Source: Lingula anatina (Eukaryota; Animalia; Brachiopoda). Taken from it: DNA of 64,000 nt. This document shows positions 24,801 through 33,300 of the stretch, in pieces (position 1 is the first letter of the stretch; each line of letters begins with the position of its first letter). The notes below the pieces were generated by a model. That model was not told where the DNA came from. It ran no database searches and saw only the letters and a list, made by a program, of their open reading frames with translations. The stretch lies in NCBI GenBank assembly GCA_051362555.1, contig CM120647.1, positions 14,608,651-14,672,650 on the forward strand. Reading direction: 5' to 3'. Both the position numbers and the translations under genes were made by a program.

Positions 24801-27169
24801 TCTTCTCGTGATAGCGGTGGAAGATGATGCTGGGACCGCCCACGATGGCGTTTTTCAGAAGATAGTAAAGATCGCTGTGCTTATCGTCGAAAAGGGTAAA
24901 AAATGCGTCACCTACATTTTGAAAGAGGTACTTCAACGTTAAACCCGGCACGCTGATACCGTCTTTAAACATATCGATACCTCTTTCTTGGTAGAAGGCG
25001 AACATTTTTTCCACCGCTTCCAGCATCGGTTCAACGTCTTTGTTGTTGTACCAGATGAGCGGTAGTATTTGTCCACGTCGCTGATGTACGAAAACAAAAA
25101 CTGTACATTGGACCCAGTCGGTGGCTAAAAATAGCAGCTTACTAAGACTAAAAAATTGCAGTAATTCGTAAACATTGCTTTGGGTTTTCAAGTTTTTATA
25201 ATCGTCATTAAAATTTGCTTACAAAGGTCCGAGATGAAATTATAATATCAACAAGTTTTACATAATAAAATGGTCGTCATTAAATTCCAATCAGAGTAAA
25301 TAGTTAAAAAACAGCTCCTGTGTACAGCTCTTGCTACGTTTAGCAAGAATTGTACATCGGACCCAGTCAGTGGCTAAAAATAGCAGCTTACTAAGACTGC
25401 GCCTCAAAATGTTCAAGGTTCATCCAAAAAAATTACATTAAAAAGTATATAACGCCTCTCAATTTGCAGGTCGAAAACCACATTCCTAACTTCTAGCGAT
25501 CTACCCTAGGTTCTAGATTCCGGTATTGCCAGCTCGATCTTGATTTCATATATAACCCATATCGCAATACCAGGCTCGAGCTAGTGAAAGTGACTCCAAG
25601 GTATATTAAATATTAAACAAACTAACTTTCACGTTGCTCTGACACTCAGGGTAGAAACGATCATGAATTTCTTATAATGCATATACAACACTGCTAATAG
25701 TTTCATAGGCAACTCAAATAAACTCTTATGCCGAAGAATAAACCGAATTCACCATTTGATCAGCAGAAAAAACTTTAAAACTGCTCATTGTTTATATTTC
25801 ATTGGTCTGCATGTCCCACTTCCCCCAAGAAAAAATCGTTGCACTTAAATCCAAGAGCCGATACGTCTATATTGTCTTCAAAATAATTACGTTTCCTTTA
25901 TCACAGGTAAACAAGGTAGATTGCTTTCACTTTGCAGTGCTGACAAGTCAACAGTATCCCTCTGACTGCATCTACAACTTCCAAGATTGTTCCTGCTACA
26001 TATTTTCGGCAGCCTCTGCGACGTTTGACGATGGGCGTTTTTACTGCGACTTCCTAAGACCGAGTGGTCAAACGTGGCGGTCAGATCTCGCGGGATTTGA
26101 GACCATGCGAGAATGGGAGTGGGTTGAACCTCATTTGAGAAGTAGGTGGCATGTTAAGGAAAAGTGGTTCTTTGATAAGTTCCAGTCTGCATGCTGAGGG
26201 GAGGATGGGTTAAGGGGGGTCTTATGATTTTTAAGCAAAGATGTTCGACTTTGTCTAAAACCACAGCTAATATTCGATACTTTCACCTGTTAAAAAATGG
26301 ATGATGAATAGCATTCATCAAATAAATATTTATCAAAAATCAAAATTCACAGTTGAAAACAAAAATGAAATTTGCTGGCACACTAATATGGTCGGTGTTT
26401 GCACGAATTTAATGTACTAAACGACTTCTTTATTTATCATATCCACATACAGAAAAAAAATCTAATTGAATACTGTGACTACAATAATAGTAGCCTGCTC
26501 TTGTGAATTCACAGAAATGGAAAATACTTCTTCCGAAACTAATATACCATTGGCGTGCCGAATGCGGATTTCATTGACGAAACTAATTGCAGAATAGCCT
26601 GTTGGATATTTGAAGTATTCGATGTTGAACCTTAAAGCTGTTTGCCTGAACCATTACTAATTATATCATAACAAGTCAGAGAAGAATCCATCAGCTGTGT
26701 TATGTTATGAGACCTTGCAACATTGGAGGCAAACTAATATTGAGCTGCTGATCGAAGACAAAAATCACTTTATTCTTATAAACCTAACAGCATTTTATGC
26801 ACGTGGTGGGCTCTACATAACATAAATGAAAACCAATATATTTCCCCCTTTCAAATTACATATTGCAATAAAATCAATTCATACTCAAACACTCTGTAAA
26901 CTAATTCAATCACTTTTTCACCAGATAGACCGCTTATGTTTCTTGGAGGGAAGGACGTTGCGGGGAACAATCACGACTGGCAGTGGCTGGCCACGAGTAC
27001 GCCTCTCCCACATTCCGGTATGGGGTCACCACCATGGGTTGCAGGACAGCCGGAAGCCTTGGCAAGCACGTTCTGTTTGGCATACTCTCCCGTTCAAGGC
27101 GGTTGGATAAACACAGCATGTAATGCGCCCCTTCCGTATTTGTGCGAAATTCCATTACCAGTACCATAA
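21851..27169 (+). CDS. Secreted PAN/apple-domain + C-type lectin domain protein, 4 exons
   Basis: Exons 21851-22186, 22392-22431, 25938-26141, 26925-27169 are phase-consistent GT-AG. Signal peptide (MASSPAAVVILAFVATIMGTFVNA), PAN-like C..LC....CCFSVNY......C..., then CTLD features (SCYIFS, FYC, FLGGKD, WQW, W..GQPE, C...W....C......LCE). Confidence 0.82.
22627..22960 (+). repeat. Left terminal inverted repeat of the Polinton
   Basis: Reverse complement of 25162-25494. By eye it differs only by one near-terminal substitution and a 1-nt indel. Confidence 0.93.
23041..25191 (-). CDS. Protein-primed family B DNA polymerase (Polinton pPolB), N-terminally truncated
   Basis: Intronless 716-codon ORF. 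Polymerase homology starts near LIWYNNKDV (Exo III) and includes VGGPS, motif A YDANALY, motif B KLIGNSGYGK, motif C MDTDS, SKTY and SCKG. The first ~45 codons are read-through of TIR/junction sequence; the first in-frame ATG is at 25026. AATAAA lies just after the stop (23027-23032, minus). Confidence 0.9.
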   Translation of the reverse strand: MKTQSNVYELLQFFSLSKLLFLATDWVQCTVFVFVHQRRGQILPLIWYNNKDVEPMLEAVEKMFAFYQERGIDMFKDGISVPGLTLKYLFQNVGDAFFTLFDDKHSDLYYLLKNAIVGGPSIIFHRYHEKNVTFLRKANSEAPKLCKKIVGYDANALYLWCLMQPMPTGTFIRRREESDYTREYSHPRGREATMWLDWVAHSTGQKIRHQFNGTEKRVGCRRLPVDGFCRETQTVYQYHGCYFHGHRCHLNRNKDGTYREINDTKKVTMESLRIETEINSEYIRECGYDLVEMWECDWKKLHSKSDEVKTFRKRYTLPTEHRYRLTFDEILDAVLGDKLFGFVECDIEVPSNLRHKFSEMPPVFKNTTISRDDIGPYMKNFAEENNIMSVPRRSLIGSLFGEKIVLATPLLKWYLEHGLCVTRIHQVIEYTPKACFEHFGNAVSDARREGDRDKTKAIVANTMKLIGNSGYGKTVTNKERHRDTEYCGEATASRKVNSHRFRRLDRITENVYEVELNKKIIKLDLPLHIGVMVYQYAKLRMLEFYYDFMQKFVDPSDFQYCEMDTDSAYIAFSADSLEDVVKPHMRAQYEAEKHLWFPRTDTPEHEAYDKRTPGLFKAEWVGDGIVGLCSKTYYCFGEDTKSKFSCKGVNRNSNVINEQKYLDVLLNKQSGSGINRGIRLFNNTMYSYVQRRDAFSYFYCKRKVLEDGVSTEPLDI
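25162..25494 (-). repeat. Right terminal inverted repeat of the Polinton
   Basis: Reverse complement of 22627-22960. Confidence 0.93.
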
Positions 27170-27227
27170 TGTGAAACTAAGATGAGATTGACTGATACAA
27201 CATTAACAGCCATGAAGATCAAAGAGA

Positions 27228-27430
27228 TTGGCGTTTTCATACACAAACACAACGCTTCTCTTCCCATCTGCTTTTAACAACGACCAAATCTTATCACATG
27301 CACCATGTAGGAGCGACTCTTTTAAAGTTGTTGCACCAAATGAATGGCATTCCCTAGCCTTCCACTTTTCTACAAAATATAGCCTCTTTAGAAAGTTTCT
27401 AAATAAATTAAACACCAATTTTTTTGAAAA
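27228..27430 (+). mobile_element. Degenerate CR1/L2 LINE 3' fragment just downstream of the lectin stop
   Basis: Translates SFKVVAPNEWHSL...FLNKLNTNFF, resembling the C-terminus of the intronic LINE ([13 protein letters not shown]...[10 protein letters not shown]). Confidence 0.5.
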
Positions 27431-27494
27431 TAAAGATATATCCAAAATTTTACGACTCTGGTAGTTTTAAATACTTTTTTAGTGACTAGATGAA

Positions 27495-27796
27495 ATAGGA
27501 AAGAACGGAAAACAAATGAATGGGTCTTGGATAAAATTGGAAAAATGACTCTTTTGAACAGCATCAATAAGCGGAAACTGTCCTTTATGGGGCATGTAGC
27601 CAGAAGGTTATCCTGACAGGCATGGTCAATGGAACTAGAAGGAGAGGGAGACCGCGACGGTGGCTGCAAGATGATAGTGGGCTTGACAAAGGCTGAACTT
27701 TGCAAGGGTTGCTCAGGACCGGGACTGTTGGAGGCGTACCGTTGCATGTGCCACGGCGGGTCAGCCTTGACCCTTCCGTCTCTGATGATGAGATGA
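27495..27796 (+). mobile_element. RTE-clade LINE 3' fragment
   Basis: Reads ERKTNEWVLDKIG...INKRKLSFMGHVARR...GMVNGTRRRGRPRRW...AQDRDCWR, typical of the RTE C-terminus, and ends in a TGATGA tail. Confidence 0.7.
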
Positions 27797-28772
27797 AATA
27801 GCTGATTTTTTAAATTCAACATAATTTGAATAAATTTATTTTAATTAAATGTTGTATCCCTAATTGTATTTATTTAAGTCAAATATGATAAATAAATTTT
27901 CTTCAGTTCAGTTGCTTTATTTCTGACTTGGTTGGTTACAAATAACATAGAGTTTGAGTAAGTGCCACAAAGTGAAAAACTGCTGTTTGAGTTACACAGT
28001 TAACGTGAACCCGTATCCCCCCCCTCTCTCTCTCTCAATAGTCTTCCGCTTCTTGGTCCCGTCCCATCATGTATCACTGTATATTTAAAGATACCATAAG
28101 AACAAACAAGCAACCAAACAAATATTTGCAATTCAAATCAAATTTCAAAGATTAAATACGTCTGCAGTGGTTATTGCAACACGAACTTTCTCTATATCTG
28201 TTATTTGATAACTGCTGGAGCCACTCTAGTGGTACACTGATACAACAACACAAGGCAGTATATGTACTCGAACAAGGGGAGTCTGTGTTTATCACACCCG
28301 GCAACCTTCGCCATCGATAAATATTTACAGTAGTAAGTAAGAACTCCAATCAACACGTTTAATGTTCCCCCACTTGTATAGGCATGGCTTATGTTGCCTC
28401 TGTATTATAAAGTAATTTATTGAAGGGGCATGCTGCCATTAATTTTAATTGAACAGTTCAATTTTAATCATATTTTAAATGTATAGGTTCCAAAGGTTTT
28501 GAAGTAAAGAAAAAAACAGTTCACCAAACCGCCAAATAGACTAGTACGTGTAAGCTGGTGCGTGTGAATGTGCGTGCACGCGCATACACACGCACACACT
28601 GCTCGCGGCTTTCAGTTAAATGTTCGATTTGTGCTTAAGTAATGCTGAAGAGATCTGGGAAGTTTTTCTGCCCTCAAAATCAATAGATGTTTCTAAAAAT
28701 GTGCAGAAATACATGTACCAAGGTCACCGCGACCGTGGGCATGTCACGGCATATTGCGAAACACCTCCAATA

Positions 28773-28996
28773 GGGGTCCATCCTCATTAAAACTAGCACT
28801 CTGCGTAGATCGATCCAACGGGGATTCTCGCTGAATGCAAACAGGTTAACAGACAAACACAGCAGCTCCTCTTGGCGTTGAATTACTCTTTGAGCACAGG
28901 GCCCGCTAATAGTTTGTTACAAAAATTATTGTATCGAGAGACCCCGAGGAGTTAAATCGACCAAGTAGATCGATAGCTTCATTGGAAATGAGCCCC
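28773..28996. mobile_element. Degenerate Harbinger-like MITE
   Basis: Ends GGGGTCCATCC / GAAATGAGCCCC. The left half resembles the MITE at 44691 (CGTAGATCGATCCAA...CTGAATGCAA...TTAACAGA) and the right half resembles the one at ~43703. Confidence 0.5.
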
Positions 28997-29103
28997 ATTG
29001 CGAAATATGGTAACCTTATCCTCTTATCCTGCCTATACTTAATTTGTTTGCCCGTGTTTACATTTTTATCTGGAATCCAAGGGGTGATCACCCTCTGTCA
29101 TCG

Positions 29104-29164
29104 TATTTAAACAGGTCTCTGATGTTGAAATCACCACATCGTAGATAGACTGTGCCCCAAAAGT
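29104..29164 (+). promoter_or_regulatory. Candidate TATA box and short non-coding first exon of the oxidase gene
   Basis: TATTTAAA at 29104-29111 and a strong GTAAGT donor at 29165. The oxidase ATG (30389) directly follows an AG acceptor, which suggests an upstream UTR exon. Confidence 0.45.
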
Positions 29165-29564
29165 GTAAGTATTTATGTTTCAGCGTACTGTTTTGAAAAG
29201 TGATGTTTGTTAGAAAATAATGTATTATATTCGTAGTTAGATAATATACATATTAAAAAAGGTAAAAAAAAATACACAGGGGAAAGTTCCTTTTTTCATT
29301 TTATTTGAACTTAAATGGGAGAATTGGGATTTATTCTTTTAAGTGGCATTTTAATCACATTCTACCCATGGAATCGAAAAGAGGTAGAGAAATAGAACTG
29401 CCTTTTCTTTTTGTTAAGAAAAAATTAAACCTCATTTTACCCTTAGAAATAAGGATGTGAAGGAAATGTTATGGACTATTATGCCCTTTCCGTATATTGC
29501 ATACTTGTTGGCACCGTTTATTTCAAGAGACAATGGTTTTCTACTATGAGTTGGCTGCTGTGTC

Positions 29565-29736
29565 CCGACGTAACGGAACTAAGGGTCCGGGTAACAGAAA
29601 GCCCGCCATCCATTTAGTTATAATGGTTAGGGTTAGCCTGACCTAAGTGGGTTAAAATCTAAGGCAAGGCTTACCTGTACAAATGAATGGCAAGCGGACT
29701 CTCTGTGATGGGGGTCTCTCTGTCACGTTACATCGG
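29565..29736. mobile_element. Small inverted-repeat element with central GGTTAGGGTTAG
   Basis: CCGACGTAACG / CGTTACATCGG ends, plus a further inverted pair CCATCCATTT / AAATGAATGG. Confidence 0.5.
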
Positions 29737-30388
29737 TGTTACAACGCCGCGAGCACCACCATCAAATCGACCCATCACCTGGGGAAGGAATCGATATTTG
29801 TTCAATGATAACGTATGAACTGTAATCTGTCATCCATGTTTGTATCTGCCTGTCGTCGGGTAGATCGGTGTTCCAGCAAGGCAACAAGCATGCAGGCATC
29901 TGTATATTCAGTGTTTCATAAAAGAGGGTCTTTGCAATAGCATTTGCGGAGAGGCCAAGTGCATTTTTATCTATGGAAGACAGGTTTTAAAGCAAAACTG
30001 ACCTTTTGGGAGAACATTAAATAAAAATTAAAAGTTCTACGTACCCCAACCGTCAATACATGAAAAAGAAAAAGGGAGACACCTTCGAGACAGAAAAATA
30101 TGTGCTTTTTAAATTTTTCGTGAATTTTTGTCATCTGATTTGTGTGAAGAATGCACTGGCATTCATGATTCAGGGGCTGTTTATATCCCCCAAAATGATA
30201 AGAACAGTATCCGAATCTTTGTACCTGGACTTCCATGAAAGGCTGATATTAAAACAGGTAGCACTGTTACATGACACTTTTTTTATTTAATATATAAAAT
30301 TTTCAGTATTGTCAGTATTGTTTTCCATACACAATTTTTTATTATCTGCTTTTGATATTGTTTTCAGTATTGTTTTTCACACATAAAG

Positions 30389-33300
30389 ATGCGGGCAGCA
30401 ATTGTCCTACTCGTGGGATTGGCTTTCATTGGGGGCTGTTTCGCGAAGTACTGCATGCCAGAACAAAACTGCTGGCCATCATCAGATCGACTGGCTCAAT
30501 TCAAAGGTAAAGCAGGGGAACTGGTGCCTACAAATACACAATAACACGGATGATAGTTATGCTTGTTCGTTAAGCCGAATATCTATTAGAAGGAATTCAT
30601 CCATTCTAAATACCGACGCTACCTTTTTAGAATTATTTTTTCTGTGTAGTGATCATTGTCATTGTACTGCAAAAATTGAAAATCAGAGTTAAAATATCTC
30701 ATCATTGCACTTTTGAGTGCTTTAAGTTCATTTGTATAAAGTTGCAAAAATTTTTTTGTCTAAAACTATATCATTATTATTATTTTTTTTTGTAAAGGAA
30801 CTTTAAAAGGGAAGCTTGTTCTTCCAACCGACGCATTCTTCGTTAACGCCACCAAGGGAGTGATCTACAATGAGAGATACACCACAAACCCTGGTAAGTG
30901 AACCAGCACTGTCATTGTATTTTGATTTTTTTTTTACAATCCGCACAAATACTGGCATTCTATATTCTACAAATTATCATATCTTACCGATATCGATTGT
31001 CATAGCAAATATTAACATGTATATCGAAACTGGCCCTCTCTGTGATAAGGTAGAAATTGTCCGTTTGATCAAACATTAATCAACGAAGCTTCTACGGCTC
31101 CATGGTAACTCCGCTGTCGTGGAAACAGGAAAACACTTACACGTGGGTTGAGGATCTAGATACAAAATGAAGTTTTCATTTATTAATTTATTTTATTTTG
31201 GGTCAGAATCGATTTTTGAAAATTGCAATTGATTACTATAAGAGGAAATTTGCACGTACGGAGGCTGGGTGGTCAGGCACGGCACAGTTGGTAGCATGGA
31301 TGCAAATGAAGCACCCAAAGCGTCATCAACCTTGGTAACACAATGTCACGAGTTCGAATCCAGGATGAAGCAGAAAAACTATATCTTCTCGGCAGAATTA
31401 TTTGCCAAACATATTTTAATCAAAATTTCCATCGCTGCTTTTGCTAATTACACATTTATATACTCTCTTTTTAGAGGCTCGCTCAAACTAAAACACGCCT
31501 GTTATGAACCGCCTTTGATCCCATTGTGCTCCTTAATATTTTGGGTAAAGCCAAAATTCATCCCAGTAAAAAAGGGAAAAAAAATCCGAGCTCCGTCTCG
31601 GGTTCTCAAATACGACTTCCTATACATCATGATACCGTTCATGATAAACCATGGCCGGTGACAGGGGTTGCATGGGGTGAAATGCGGCACCCGGATTATC
31701 GATTGGGATAGCAGATATATAGATGTACATCCAATCTGGCCCTCGCAGTGACAAGGATGAAAGTTTCCATCTGATCATATGGTATCAACGAAGCCGTCGT
31801 AGCTCCGTGGTAACTTTCCGGTCTTACATGTAGACACTCGTACGCTGATTCGAGTCCCAGCAGAACGAGTGCCTTTTTTTGCCAGAATTAATTTTTGAAA
31901 ATTGCTTTTGGTTACTGTAAGAGGAAACTCGCAAAGGTGGGCAGGACAGGCACGGCGCAATCGGTAACGTGCATGGATGCAAATAAAGCACCCAAAGCGT
32001 CATCAACCATAGTAACGCAATGTCACGAGTTCAAATCCCGGATGAAACACACCAGTTCATCACGACAACGACCGGGCCCCTGAATCGGGATGGCTCGAGA
32101 ACGAATGGGGCTCTCGTGGGTCATAGCAAAATTACCTTTTGCATAAAAATACGGTATACTTTGGAAAATTTACATTATGTGATCGTTTTAAAATCACATA
32201 ATTTAAAACGCACATATTGCTGATCATTAGCAGAAATCTGCGTCGTCAATAATATTTACTTTCTTTTTAGTGAAAAATCCTTATATTGGTGCTACAGATC
32301 TTGAACTTCAATTAAGCTGTAGCTAACTCCGTATGTTCTGCATTTCATCCAAATGTGCCACCTTCTCGGTGGCATTATCAGAGAGAACATTTTTTATTTT
32401 TTTACAAAAGTCGCGTCGCCTCTGTTGCTTTCAACAGACAAACATTTTGTCTTTTCATGACCTTTCTTTTCTTAGGACCTTGCTCCTCAAGATTCTTCAC
32501 ATGTTAATACGGTACCCGGGGCAAGTCCGCAGTCGACAATGAATACGATCCAACTTGTTTTGATTCTGTAGCTTATCCGGTATAACAGCACGTCCGTTGT
32601 GAACCGCCTCTGATCCCATTGTAGTGTTCAATACCATGGGTAAAGCCAAAATCAATCTTAGTATAAAACAAACTCCGAGCTCCGAGTCGGGTTGTCAAAC
32701 ACCAGTTCGTGTACATCATGATCATTACCGTTCATGTCGGGGACTGCGGTTGCGTGGGCTGAAATGCAGCACCCGGATTACCGATGGGGACAGCAGGTCT
32801 ACACATGTAAATCCAATCTGGCGCTCCCCGTGACGAGGTTGAAAGTTTTCATCTGACCATCTGTTGTCAACGAAGCTGTCGTGGCTACGTGGTAACTCTG
32901 CTGTCTTGCATTCAGGCAGGCACTCGGACGTTGGTTCGAGTCCCAGTAGCTACTGTGTCATTTCTTTTTGCCAGAATTACTTTTATAAAAATTGCGATTG
33001 ATTACTATAAGAGGGATCTCGAACGTACGGAGGGTGGGCGGGTCTGTCACGGAGCAGTCGGTAGCGTGCATGGATGCAAATGAGACATCCAAAGCGTCAT
33101 CAACCTTGGTAACGCAAAGTCACGGGTTCGAGTCCCGGATGAGGCACGTCACAACAACGACATGGCCCCTGAATCGGGATGCCACGAGACGAGAACGAAT
33201 GAGGGCTCTCGTGGGCCTTAGCAAATTACCTTTTGCATAAAAATACGGTATATTTCAGAAAGTTTACACCTGCTTCGACAATTCTATTTCCTTTCTCTTC

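Larger units (their letters stand above)
22627..25494 (-). mobile_element. Internally deleted Polinton/Maverick element (2868 bp)
   Basis: Exact 6-bp TSD AGCGAT (22621-22626, 25495-25500). Termini AGTAGTT / AACTTCT. TIRs 22627-22960 and 25162-25494. Encodes a protein-primed PolB. A 6-bp TSD, AG...CT termini and long TIRs are diagnostic for Polintons. Confidence 0.92.

Noticed and set aside
25060-25191. N-terminal 45 codons of the 716-aa ORF as genuine polymerase sequence
   Set aside because: They begin at a TTG inside the TIR and run through TIR-derived and junction DNA.
32820-32880. Hammerhead ribozyme in the repeat (GAAA and CTGA motifs)
   Set aside because: No CTGANGA core in the right order relative to GAAA on either strand.
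32915-32955. tmRNA-like 3' end (GGACGTTGGTTCGAGTCCCAGTAGCT)
   Set aside because: No matching acceptor stem or CCA. The similarity is explained by a generic T-arm/B box.
33070-33096. 7SK-like GGATG/CATCC motif
   Set aside because: Here it is a local hairpin rather than a long-range 5'/3' pairing, and the GATC stem motifs of 7SK are absent.
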